Shown here: one piece after another, positions 37,399 through 49,909 of the stretch
How positions within the stretch are numbered: the first letter of the stretch is position 1
How the letters are laid out: each line of letters starts with the position of its first letter
From: Macrostomum hystrix
Taxonomy: Eukaryota; Animalia; Platyhelminthes
DNA: 64,000 nucleotides
Assembly (NCBI GenBank): GCA_950097015.1
Contig: CATNEN010000012.1
Span: 3,162,001-3,226,000, forward strand
Reading direction: 5' to 3'
Made by a program: the position numbers and the translations under genes
Notes under the pieces: model-generated
What the model was told of the DNA's origin: nothing
Databases searched by the model: none
Seen by the model: the letters and a program-made list of their open reading frames with translations, nothing else

Positions 37399-39187
37399 TC
37401 AAACGGTGCTTGAGCAATTGAGTCCACAGGTTTCAGTACTTCTAGAACGAGCACTTCTAAATCCTAGATCAGCCCTGCTCCTTCTCGTCTTGAACTTGAC
37501 TCGCAAAGGCATATCATTATTTGACTTTCGCAACCTGAAATACCTCCTGTGCACGGCGAAGGCGGCTGCGACCGCCACGGCGGCCAAAATAACGCCTACG
37601 ATTGCCAGTGCTACGCCTAGCAACGAGCTTGGAACTGCAGCTACCGTGGTGGCGTCTCCGGCGGAGCCGGCAGAGCTTCCATCTGTGGCGGCGGCGACAG
37701 ATTTTGAGGCGTCGACCTCCTGGGCGTGGGCGAAAGTAGCTGCCGCTGCAGTGCCATTAGTCTTGCTGCTGTTGCCGCTTTTGTTGGCATTAGCACTTGC
37801 CAACGAAGTTTTGATCAGCGCCTTGTGGAACTCGGCGTCTGCCAGGTTGTGATAGCCGCCTACTGCCCTCAAATAGTCACTACCGGTGGCGTTAGCGGTC
37901 TCGCAGAAGGTCCAGTCCGTGCCAAGGTTAACCCAGCTGACGCTGGCAATGACGGGAACCAGGGCGCACCAGAGCACAGGTTCAGCCAGAGGTTCAAGCT
38001 GCAGCGGCTGGCACTGGTTGTGAGTCTTGCCCTGGTGGTGGAAGGGCACCGAACATTTGTAGCGCATCAGGTCGTATCCTGTGGGTTAATCGCGACCAGA
38101 TTAATCTTACGAGTGCATGCCGCGTGTCGTCTTGGTGTCTTGTGAGAGATGTCCCTGGGGCTAGTTTGTGTCAGTGTGTGCTGTGATAAAAACATGAAGC
38201 ATTAATGGCGGAGCCATTAAGTTGAGGGTAAAAGGACACTTTAAAGTCAGCCAGAGGGGATGAGTTGCAGGGCAGTTAACGCGTTTGCTCCTCGCACCAA
38301 GGTCTCTCAGCTCGATTCCGCGGCGAGGCAACATTCATTTAAGGCGCAGTCGTGGAGAGAAGGCTTTGGGGACTTGTCATGCAATTTACGTCCTTGAGGG
38401 CCAACCTCCAAGGCTCATTGAGAGTGCACACTGCCTGATAATGATAAAGTTAGGGCAGTTGAGCACACCTGCGTACGGTACCTGTGTGCGTGTGTGTGCT
38501 CAGGAGTCAGCGAAATGGTCAGAATTGCCTCCTCGCTGGCTGCGGGTCTAGGGTCACCAAATGATGTGCCATTGCCTGCTACCCTCCTGCAGTTATCATT
38601 ATTTTTAATAATTATTATTAATATTATTATTATTGGTGTCATCGAAGGATGCTTGCAAGAGTGGAAGAGATCAGGCAACTCAATGGCACTTACTGGCACA
38701 GTCGCGCCATTCTTCGTCTCGCGTGAAGTTCCCGGTGAGTGAGCACCAATGAGCACCCTTGGAGCCGTATGGCAGGCACTCGTGACGCCATTCACCGCGG
38801 TGCCAGAATGGGAACTTGCACAACTGAGTTGGCTTCTGCATGGCCGTTGTTGTGGCTGCCCGAGTTGTAGCTGTTGGTAGTGGTAGTAGTGGTAGTAGTT
38901 GCAGTTGTCGCAGATGCTGTTGTTGGCGCAGCTGTTTTATTGTCTGAGGTCTGCGTTGCGACTAAAGGCTGTGATGCATTTGCCGCTGCTGCTGTTGCTG
39001 TTGAAGCTGCCGTGTTGCCTGCTGTAGGCCGAGCTGTGAAAATAAAAAAGAATAAAGTCAGCTCTTGAACCCCTGAGCTGATGAAACCCTGAGCAAATGA
39101 AACAATTTTACCTGAGTGAATCACGGTCAGCAAAACGATGCAGCATGAAGCCAGGAGAACTTGAATAGGTCGTCGGGTGCAAGCCAT
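37399..39187 (-). CDS. Type-I membrane protein B: signal peptide, Thr/Ala mucin-like region, fibronectin type II-like domain, stalk, TM, cytoplasmic tail; join(39187..39112,39033..38796,38154..38111,38078..37399), 345 aa
   Basis: C-x-x-PF-x-x-x-G-x4-C ... WC ... W-x-x-C pattern (KCSVPFHHQGKTHNQC...LWC...DWTFC) matches FN2 spacing. Hydrophobic TM followed by HRRYFR. Splice phases 1,2,1 are consistent and the total is 1038 nt. Confidence 0.72.
38256..38605 (+). mobile_element. tRNA-derived SINE, family 2, near full length (in an intron of gene B)
   Basis: Colinear with 56487..56825; B-box-like AGCTCGATTCC; ATT-rich tail. Confidence 0.8.
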
Positions 39188-40275
39188 CGATAAATCGTTC
39201 CTTGCAAATTTGTCTGAAAAATCTGTAAACTCTTTTTAAATCGGCTGATTAAGTAACGAAGATTTTCCCGGAGCTTCTGCTCTAGTCTTTTCGTATTAGA
39301 ATTCCTCGCGCCCTGGCCTTGTTGCGTACAGTTGAGCCGATCAATGCGGCAAAAAAAACTGGGCCAGTGAGAAGAAAATGGAGAGAAAATAGTTTACAGA
39401 AACGCAGGCCGGACCTCACGATGTCAGCTTGCTGGCGATCCGTGATCGGGGATTTCAATTCCTGGCCCCGGCCTCTTTAACACAAGAATGCTCCCCTTCC
39501 CAGCAGTAAGCCTGCAGTGTAAATGTCGGTTCGGGCAACAGCTGTTGCAGAGTGCCACATAAGCAGGCTTCAGTGAGGCTCGACGCTAGAAATTAGTCCA
39601 ACGTTCAACCGTGGTTGGGACTAGTTAAGGCCTTTCATTCCTATTCTAACAAACTCTGAGGCTTTTATAACTCATTTGAGTACATGCTACCGGGTTTCCA
39701 TTGGAAAAATCCTTGGTAAAATTTCCATGATTTAGGCGGGTGGAAAATGGCAGCCGAAAATGCTTTAACATGAATCTCGACGATAGATCGTGTTCGTGTA
39801 TTAATTCTTGTTGTCAGTGAAGTTATTTTTTATTCTAGATTAAACCAGAAAGGACTATTGCACCTTTCACCCAGGCGGATTAGCAAATCTTCTGAAAAAA
39901 TAAAACTTTTCTTCTAATCAGTTTCGGCCAAACAATTCGCTGATGAGATCTATGCGCGAGTTGTTTGTGTCAGTGAATCGCAGCCCTGTCTTTACATTGC
40001 ATAACAACACGCTACTTTTGGTACAGCAGAGCTTGGCTTATCGATGAAAACCTGAAAACTTTCTCTCTAATATCTCGCCTGGTTTCTCACTGCAACTTTG
40101 ATTCTGGCACAACTGCTAGGCTGGGCGTCCAGGGCCAGTTTCTTATCAGTCCTGCTTGGCCACAACTATAAAATGTTGACTAATAGCTTTGACACTGGGT
40201 CAGTGCTTGCGCGTAACCGAGTGAGACGAGAGACTTGGAAAATATTTAGAGAGTTAGGGTTAGGAGACAAAATCA

Positions 40276-43200
40276 ATGCCAAGGATTACATTGCTGCTTT
40301 CGCATCTACTGCTTGGAATTGTCTTGTCAGCAGCAGCAGCAACAGCAGCAGCAGCGAGCACCTGCGGCTATGACGCCTGTCCCAAACCGGTCCCGGGTCG
40401 GTTCAATGTCCACCTGGTGCCGCACACGCACGACGATGTCGGCTGGCTAATGACTGTGGACCAGTATTATTACTATCAGGTGCAGTTCATTCTGGACACG
40501 GTGATCGAGGAGCTGCTGGATAATCCGGATCGGAAGTTCACGTACGTCGAGATGGCCTACTTCTTTCGCTGGTGGCGAGAGCAGAATGCTGACAAGCAAG
40601 CCACGGTTAGTCCCAGAATGAGTATGCCAGCTTCAGGTGGAATGAGGTTCAAGGGCATCTTAGATTTTCACTGATAGGCTGCGCCTCTGGGGAGCGCCAC
40701 TACCACGGGGGCGCCACTACCACGGGGGGCATCACTACCAGGGGGCGCCACTACCACGGGGGGCATCACTACCAGGGGGCATCACTACCAGGGCGCGCCA
40801 CTACCACGGGGGCACCACTACCACGGGGGCACCACTACCAGGGGGCGCCACTACCAAGGGGGCACCACTACCAAGGGGGCACCACTACCAGGGGGCGCCA
40901 CTACCACGGGGGCGACACTACCACGGGGGCACCACTACCAAGGGGGCACCACTATCAAGGGGGCACCACTACCAAGGGGGCACCACTAAAAGGGGGCGCC
41001 ACTACCACGGGGGCGCCACTACCACTGGGGCGCCACATAGTTTCGTCAGCCGATTTGGGGTGCACGGCTCCCCCTTGCTCCCCCACTGGCTACGCCCCTG
41101 GGGTGCAATGTGATTGAAAGTCACACTGAAATCCTCGCCATCACTGCAGGTGAAGCGGCTGGTTCAGAACGGCCAGCTGCAGTTTGCTCTTGGCGGCTGG
41201 TGCATGGACGACGAGGCGACCACTCACTATGTGGACATTATCGATCAGCACACCCAGGGGCTCAGATTTCTCAACGACACTTTCGGCGACTGCGGCCGGC
41301 CCCGGGTGGCCTGGCAGGTGGATCCATTCGGGCACAGCAAGGAGCACACGGCCATGCTGGCGCTCATGGGATTCGACGGCCTGTACTATGGCCGCATCGA
41401 CTACCAGGATCAGGCGCTGCGGAGGCAGACGCGGCGCATGGAGATGGTGAGCCGGGGAGCTTGAAATTCACTGTGGAGAAACTGGGAGTCTGTGATGAGT
41501 CAGATGAGATGGGGAATGAGTCAGATGAGATGGGGAATGAGTCAGATGAGATGGTGAATGAGTCAGATGAGATGGGGGAATGAGTCAGATGAGATAGGGA
41601 ATGAATCAGATGAGATGGGGAATGAGTCAGTCAGTTAGTGAATGAGTCAGATGAGATGGGCTATGAGTCAGATGAGAAGAGATATGAGTCAGATGAGATG
41701 GGGAATGAGTCAGTCAGTTAGTGAATGAGTCAGATGAGATGGGGAATGAGTCTGTCAGTTATGAATGAGTCAGATGAGATGGGGAATGAGTCAGATGAGA
41801 TGGGGAATGAGTCAGTCAGTTAGTGAATGAGTCAGATGAGATGGGGAATGAGTCTGTCAGTTAGTGAATGAGTCAGATGAGATGGGCTATGAGTCAGATG
41901 AGAAGAGGTATGAGTCAGATGAGAAGAGGTATGAGTCAGATGAGATGGGGAATGAGTCAGTCAGTTAGTGAATGAGTCAGATGAGATGGGGAATGAGTCT
42001 GTCAGTTAGTGAATGAGTCAGTCAGTTAGTGAATGAGTCAGTCAGTTAGTGAATGAGTCAGTCAGTTAGTGAATGAGTCAGATGAGATGGGCTATAAGTC
42101 AGATGAGATGGGAAATGAGTCAGTCAGTGAAAGAGTCAGTGATGGACGGTGAAAAAATCCGACTTTAGAATTTTAGTCAGGAGGAGAGAAAAGCGGATCC
42201 TTTCAAGTCGAACAAATCCCAATGGCCCGGCGTGGCAGGTGTGGCAGGCGAGCCAGGACCTGGGCAGTCCGCAGACGGACCTGTTCTCTGGCAAGCTGTA
42301 CGATAGCTACTGCCAGCCAGGCGGCTTCGGCTTCGAGTATGGCGACGAGCCGGTCCAAGACGACCCGCAGCTGTACGACTACAATGTTGAGCAGAAAGTG
42401 AAGCAGTTCGTGGACATGGTGAACTCGCGCAGGCAGGTGTTCAGCTCGGACCACCTCATGCTGACCATGGGCTGCGACTTTCAATACCAGAATGCGCGCA
42501 AGAACTTCAAGATCTACGACAAGCTGATTAGGGCGGTGAATGCAAGAACTAGCGCGCACAATATCACCGTGTATTACAGCACTCCCAGCTGTTACACCAA
42601 ATCGGTGCACGATCAGAACCTGCTGTGGACGCAGAAGTCGGACGACTTCTTCCCCTACGCGCACCAGGCCCACGCCTTCTGGACCGGCTATTTCACAAGC
42701 CGGGCCGCTCTGAAACGCTACGTGAGAACCGCCTCGAACCAGTTCCAGGCCGTCAAGCAGACGGTCTGCCTGGCCGGCCTGCAGCGGGCCGGGTCCCAGG
42801 TCGAGGCAGATTTGGACGCGCTGCGTCAGGCCATGGGAGTTGTGCAGCATCACGACGGAGTGTCGGGTAGGCGGATCGCTTTGGGATACCGACAATGACT
42901 GCCGCAATTTGAATGCCACTAAAATACTGCGGACAAATTGATTGCTAATGCTTGTATGAGTACTGTGTCTAATAGTTTCTCTGTATTCTGTGCCATTAGG
43001 CTAATACACGTAGGCATTAGCAGTCATATTATCGGCAGCCTTTTTGCTGGCAGTCAAGTTGTGGCAGTTAAAAGTTGTGGCAGTCAAGGTGTGGCAGTCA
43101 AATTGATGGCAGTCAAGGTGTGGCAGTCAAGGTGTGGCAGTCAAGGTGTGGCAGTCAAGGTGTGGCAGTCAAGGTGTGGCAGTCAAATTGATGGCAGTCA

Positions 43201-46200
43201 AGGTGTGGCAGTCAAATTGATAGCAGTCAAGGTGTGGCAGTCAAGGTGTGGCAGTCAAGGTGTGGCAGTCAAATTGATAGCAGTCAAGGTGTGGCAGTCA
43301 AATTGATAGCAGTCAAGGTGTGGCAGTCAAATTGATAGCAGTCAAGGTGTGGCAGTCAAGGTGTGGCAGTCAAGGTGTGGCAGTCAAGGTGTGGCAGTCA
43401 AATTGATGGCAGTCAAATTGATAGCAGTCAAGGTGTGGCAGTCAAATTGATGGCAGTCAAGGTGTGGCAGTCAAGGTGTGGCAGTCAAATTGATGGCAGT
43501 CAAGGTGTGGCAGTCAAGGTGTGGCAGTCAAATTGATAGCAGTCAAGGTGTGGCAGTCAAATTGATAGCAGTCAAGGTGTGGCAGTCAAGGTGTGGCAGT
43601 CAAGGTGTGGCAGTCAAGGTGTGGCAGTCAAATTGATAGCAGTCAAGGTGTGGCAGTCAAATTGATGGCAGTCAAGGTGTGGCAGTCAAGGTGTGGCAGT
43701 CAAATTGATAGCAGTCAAATTGATGGCAGTCAAGGTGTGGCAGTCAAATTGATAGCAGTCAAATTGATGGCAGTCAAGGTGTGGCAGTCAAATTGATAGC
43801 AGTCAAGGTGTGGCAGTCAAATTGATAGCAGTCAAGGTGTGGCAGTCAAATTGATGGCAGTCAAGGTGTGGCAGTCAAATTGATGGCAGTCAAGGTGTGG
43901 CAGTCAAGGTGTGGCAGTCAAGGTGTGGCAGTCAAGGTGTGGCAGTCAAGGTGTGGCAGTCAAGGTGTGGCAGTCAAATTGATAGCAGTCAAATTGATGG
44001 CAGTCAAGGTGTGGCAGTTATTTGTCGTAGACCCCATTGCTTTTTAACTTCCCTGCATGTTTTCTAAATCACCGATATCACACCTCCAACTCGCACAGGC
44101 ACGGAGAGGCAGGTGGTTGCCTACGACTACGCGCTGCGAGTCTCCAACGGATTAAACAAAGCCTTCCCGGTGCTTCGCAAGGCCTGGTCGAGCCTCACCG
44201 GTGACACCGCCGCCTACTCCAGCATGACTGCCTGCAACCTGGCCAACATCTCCTACTGTCCATTCACCGACTCCAACAACAATTTCTATCTGCACTTCTA
44301 CAATCCCGTCAGTCATCCAGTGTGGCACCTGGCTCGCATACCTGTCACTGGTCGGTACTACACGGTTAGCAACCAGCTCGGCCAGGTGGTTCAGTCGCAA
44401 ACGATTCCGGTTAGCAACGGCACCCTCCGCGTGCCGGAACGCACAGGCGCCAAATCTGCAGCCGAGTTGGTGTTCAACGTCTCCTCGATTCCGGCCATGG
44501 GATTCGTGGTCTACCGGGTGGTCGCCGCTGCACCCGGCTCTCCGGGAGCTTCCAAGTTCACTCCCATTGTGCCGACATCCACGGAGTCCCGCCCGAAGCC
44601 GGGGTGGGATGAGGCCCGGCTGCTGCGCGACTTCGACTACCTGGATCGGGATCTGTGGCGCGAATCGCGGACTGATGAGGAAGGCGTCGTCAATTTTGTG
44701 CAACTGGTTGAGGCTGAGAAGACAACAAAGAAGGCTCCCAATGCTGTCACCTACATGGGATATTATTACGGCTATGCCGGTAACAATTCGGCCCCGGAGT
44801 TCACCGCGTCAGGTGCATACCTGTTCAGGTGAGATAAGTAGGGTGTAGGCTGTTTAGCTTTCCTGCAGTTTGAAAGTTCTCGCTGAACTCCTACGAAACC
44901 GATATCAAAAGTGAGGCACACTTATCTACTAGTGTTAGATAAAGTTTGAGCTATGCATGATTGTTACGTCATAATGACCCTTGCGTTAGAAAATATTTTG
45001 CTAAACTTGTCGTTGTGTCTGTTTTGCTTCGGGTTTCGATTTTCACACAAGCTTTTAAGTCAGTCTAAGACCAATATTCTAAGACCAACATTGACCTAAC
45101 TTTGATTGTGAGAACATCTATTAGCCTACCTTGATTTTGAGAAGATCTATGAACCAACCAATTTTAATAGGCTCTACTGATACTCAAGATCAGCTGACAC
45201 ACCTTGATAATTTCTATCCCAAATAGTCCACATAAAATCACTGTCCGATCCGCCAGGCCGACCAAGCAGACGCCGGAGAAGTTCACGCCGGAACAGGTTG
45301 CCATGGTTACTGGCCCAGTTGTTAACGAGACTCACACGTCCTGGTCAAACTGGACCTATCAGGTAGTTCGCACCTACGCAAACAACCGCGACCCGCTGCA
45401 GTACAGCGAGAACGAACTCACAGTAGGCCCGATTCCCTTCGATGAGAACACTGGTCGGGAGGTCATAGTGCGTTACGACACACAGCTGAGCAGCGCCTCC
45501 ACTTTCTACACGGATGCCAACGGGCGACAGGTGCTCCGTCGGGTGCGCGACTATCGACCCACCTGGCCGCTGCAGCAGACGGAGAATGTCTCGGGCAACT
45601 ATTATCCTATCAACAGTCAGATATTTCTTAACCAGAGCAATGGCGCCTCCTTCACTGTGCTCACTGACCGAAGTCAGGGTGGAGGCAGCATCAACGATGG
45701 ACAGATCGAGGTTAGCAGGCTGGGCAATATTACTAGAATGGTGATAGGTAGCGAGAATGAGATTGAGGGTGAGACTCCGGTGAATTTCTGGCCTCATGTT
45801 ACACACGTGCTCTCACGCAGGTGATGGTGCATCGAGTCACGGTGCGAGACGACGCCCTCGGAGTTGGAGAGCCCCTGCAGGAGAAGGGCAGCGACGGTCG
45901 CGGTCTGGTTGTCAAGACGACGCACTGGTTTGCCGCTGACCAATCGCTGGCATCCGCCAACCGGCGTCGACGTGAATTAGCAAATCGGCGCTACCGCGAG
46001 CCTCTGATTGGCTACCTGACGGCCGAGCCCAAGGTCAAGAGCTGGAGCGGCCTGCGCCAGCCGCTGCCAGAGAATGTCCAGGTGGTGACACTGGACGACT
46101 GGCGCGGTCCGAGCACGAAGCTGCTGCGTCTCGAGCACCTGTACCAGACTGGTGAGCACCCAATCCTATCGCAGCCAGTCACCGTGGCAATCGGGCAGCT

Positions 46201-46423
46201 CTTCGCTACCTTCAACATACTCGGAGCTACGGAGCTGACGCTGGCAGCCAATCAGGAGCTGGCCGCTGCGCAGCGGCTGCAGTGGCGCAGCGTCTCTGGC
46301 AGCGCAGCCGGCATCCCGCGAGCCGAGCAGGCGGAAGAGAGCCGCCGGCTGAAGCAGGACCTGACGGTGACGCTGAGGCCGATGCAAATTCGCACTTTTG
46401 TAGTCCAGGTGCAATACCTGTGA
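40276..46423 (+). CDS. MAN2B1: Lysosomal alpha-mannosidase (GH38); join(40276..40605,41150..41446,42239..42866,44099..44828,45257..45710,45821..46423), 1013 aa
   Basis: Signal peptide, [10 protein letters not shown], nucleophile motif [38 protein letters not shown] and LRPMQIRTF. All five junctions are canonical and in phase (0,0,1,2,0). Confidence 0.96.
40690..41036. repeat. 17-bp minisatellite (GGGGCACCACTACCACG)n, mannosidase intron 1
   Basis: 17-nt period. Confidence 0.92.
41495..42135. repeat. 20-21-bp minisatellite (GAGTCAGATGAGATGGGGAAT / GAGTCAGTCAGTTAGTGAAT), mannosidase intron 2
   Basis: Two interleaved unit variants. Confidence 0.92.
43055..44018. repeat. 14-15-bp minisatellite (GTGGCAGTCAAGGT / GCAGTCAAATTGATA), mannosidase intron 3
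   Basis: Two interleaved unit variants. Confidence 0.94.
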
Positions 46424-47157
46424 GCAACAGTGAGCTGAACTATTGTCGGGGTTTAATTAAATATAGGTGAACTTGCGCTATATTCCGATTATTCTTAACA
46501 ATTATTTTTTAATTTGATTTTTCATAAATTCAGCTTCTCCGATAAAAATTCTTCCAGATTGAAAAGGCGATTTGATTTGTACAATCTAGACTGAAAATGA
46601 AGGCTGAAAACTACTATAAGTACATGGTTCTTAGAAAATATTACCATTTCTGCCTTATTCATTCACTCCAGCCCATCTGCATCTCGATTCTCGTTCGACA
46701 ATACAAGCGAAATATTTCAATGTACGCTCGTATTTCGTTTTATTCAATAAATAAATTTCATTAAATACTAGCTTAATTAAAAAAGCATTGTCTGCAAACA
46801 GGTGCTCATGTTTTTGCTTTAATATTTATTTAAGTCTGAAATAAGCGACGCTTTTAGTAGATAATATATGTCACCTATTTCGAAAAAGTTTATAGAACTT
46901 TAAAAAATATTTTTGATTTAAGCATTTCAGGCTTAGCATTTTAAAGAAGTACGAGTACTTATTGGTGTCTTGGCCAAGGTTAAAAAATAATAAAAGTGTT
47001 ATACTGTTCGGAAATCATTAATTTACGTCACTTAAGTGATATAAATAAAAATTAAAACTGGCTTTGAATGAAAAAATCACCTACAAATTCGAGCAACTCA
47101 AGCCTCTTTTTTATCGATCGCCTCTTTTGAAATCTCATTTTCTCTCCACAATCAGTC

Positions 47158-47650
47158 TAGAACCATTGCGCACCCACCCCATTTATATCGTTCGACTCTT
47201 GGCTAAATCTCTCAAGAACCATTGCGCACCCACCCCATTTATATCGTTCGACTCTTGGCTAAATCGCTCAAGGACCATTGCGCACCCACCCCATTTATAT
47301 CGATCGACTCTTGGCTAAATCTCTCAAGAACCATTGCGCACCCACCCCATTTATATCGTTCGACTCTTGGCTAAATCGCTCAAGGACCATTGCGCACCCA
47401 CCCCATTTATATCGATCGACTCTTGGCTAAATCGCTCAAGAACCATTGCGCACCCACCCCATTTATATCGATCGACTCTTGGCTAAATCTCTCAAGAACC
47501 ATTGCGCACCCACCCCATTTATATCGATCGACTCTTGGCTAAATCTCTCAAGAACCATTGCGCACCCACCCCATTTATATCGCTAAATCGCTCAAGGACC
47601 ATTGCGCACCCACCCCATTTATATCGATCGGCTCTTGGCTATCTCTCTCC
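47158..47650. repeat. 56-bp tandem repeat (AACCATTGCGCACCCACCCCATTTATATCG...), about 8 copies, between the convergent mannosidase and ENaC2 3' ends
   Basis: 56-nt period. Confidence 0.93.
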
Positions 47651-47870
47651 TAAGTCATTGGGCACCGACTTCACTTATATAAATCGCCTCTTTTCCTGAC
47701 GTCTGACGTCTAGGCTGACAAGACTGACGTCCTGTTTCTAAAAGTTCGATGAAGTTAACTCCTCAATAAAACCCTTTGTGCCAATAAGATAACGTTCTTT
47801 TTGTCAACCGCTATTTGAAAAATGTTATATGGCCAAAAAATATTTAAGAAAATGTAAAAAGAAAAATTCT

Positions 47871-49909
47871 CTATTTTACAAGCTCAGCCTTGCTGCTACT
47901 ATTCAACCAAAAGTTGGGCTGTTCCCGTTCTTGCTGCTGCTCCTGATTTTGCTGTCCGACTGTAGCTGACTTGGAAGCCAGGCGATGTCCACTGATAAGC
48001 ACAACTAGCAACTCAATGAGCTCCAAGAGTGTGAGCACACTGCAGCCCATGTAGAGTCCCAATAGGCCACCGACTCCTGCCAATAGGTCGGTCGGCCCAT
48101 AGGAGATCTGCTGGTTGAACATCGTTGATGTGAGCTCACCTGCGTGAATCTGCAGCCGGAGAACATTCTCCTTCACCGCCTGGACAACCTCTGGCCAAGA
48201 GGCATTCGTAGAGTTTTGAAACAGACGCTGCAGCCACATCCTGCCGGGCAAGCTGTAGTTTTGGCCCAATCGTTCGCCATTCACCGATTGAAAAATATCG
48301 TACAGCTCGCTGCTGACCGTCTGACCCAAGGGGAACAGAATCGAGCTGAGCCTCGACACGTACTTGGCCTCGTTGCAGGGCTGCTTCTTGCGGCACAGCT
48401 CCATCATTTGATGCATGCTATTAACCAGTTCCGCAATGAAGTTGCCGTTAGTGAAGTTGTAGAGAAAGTTCAGCTTGGATTCCGTTGACTGGTCAGTATC
48501 GTTGACCTCGAGGTAGCGCATGCTGGTGCACAGGTCAAGGTCTCGGTTTTCATACAAGATGGGTGAGTATCCAGGTAGAAAGCAACCGAAACTGGACTTG
48601 AACATCTGGTTCATAAACTGAGCGTAGCAGGCTGTTTGTTGAATAGGACGGCAGAAAATTGTAGGTTTGAAAAGAAACTAAGTCATTGAAGCAACAACCA
48701 CTTTGGAGTTTACATGCAATAGCAGTCCGATTGTAGTAAAGTAGGCGATATTTTAGGCAGAACTCACATCAGACAACACAAACCATCACAAAAACACAAT
48801 ACACCACAAATAAAATCCATCACAAAGCACAATCATTTACAGAACAGTGTTACACCACACAATGCCACTAAACACAATCTGTCCCAGTCTTTTCAGACAA
48901 AAATCGTGCCAAAACCGTATCTTCGTTGGAAAATAAGATGGTAAAGAGTTGACTTACTCGCCAAGTCGTAGTTGTAATAGGTAGGCTTGCGACTATACTG
49001 GTCTAGGTACACAGCGCTTGGACTTCCATCAACGCACTGGTCTTTCTCTGGAGTGAGTTTTGTATAGAACATGCTGAGGCTGATGTGGTGCTGAAAGCCG
49101 GGACTCACAGTCAGGGATGGACTATAGTCATCCGGGTAGTGGCCCTCGCGAGTGAGGAAGATGCGAAACCCGGAGCTTATTAGTGGCTCATAGGTGCCGA
49201 AATTCAAGCCACGGATGTCCATTAAGCCGCCGATGTAACGTAGAATCTCGCTCTGATTATAAGTAGCATCAGTGTACAGGGTGAGGTCCAAGTAGCCGAG
49301 GACATTGTCCAGCATACTGCGCAGCTGCGGGTCCTTTGCTCGAAGAGTAAAACAGTTCAAGTATTTGTGATGCCGCAGGTCCACAATATCCACGTCGAGT
49401 TGAAGCTTTTGTGTCACCGGCATGACGAGGGCGCTAATCACCGACTGCTCCTTGCGCATGCCAAAGTTTTTGCTAAGAAAGCTGTACGGCAGACTGCCTG
49501 CGAGAATCTGAGCAGCCAGGTACAAAACATTCACTTTAATCTTCATAGAGTTCACACTGCTCACAATCCTTGTCAGCAGGGTCTCGGTGAAGTTTCGATC
49601 CGAAGGACTCATCAGCGAGGCATAGCTGGCCGAGATGATGGGCACGGAGCAGATGTGCACGTCAGGGAACACGAAGGTGCCCTCGTTCGGCTGGATCGAA
49701 GTGGACACCGGCATGGAAATGAGACGCTTGCAGGATTCAACAAACTGCTGAATGAACACGCACAGCATAGTGAGCACAGCCAAGCCCCAGAGCAGTCTCA
49801 GCAGTGGATGACGGTCGCCCACAGTGCGGCTCAGTCCGTGACAGGTGGACTCTTCGGCCGCCAATGACAGCAGGTCCTTGCGTGACTGCCGCTGCTTCGG
49901 CGCTTGCAT
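47871..49909 (-). CDS. DEG/ENaC subunit 2 (divergent); join(49909..48958,48631..47871), 570 aa
   Basis: ESTCHGL HG motif, FPDVHIC, NCFT, SGFRI, thumb cysteines and TM2 GGLLGLYMGCSVLT. Donor GTAAGT, acceptor AACAG, phase 1. Confidence 0.92.

Noticed and set aside
42203-46470. Long antisense or alternative-frame ORFs over mannosidase (and likewise over the GPCR, ENaCs and TRIM)
   Set aside because: Expected shadows of GC-rich codon usage, with no recognisable motifs.
47117-47694. 12-bp direct repeat ATCGCCTCTTTT flanking the 56-bp array as a target-site duplication
   Set aside because: It resembles part of the repeat unit itself and is more likely a decayed array edge.
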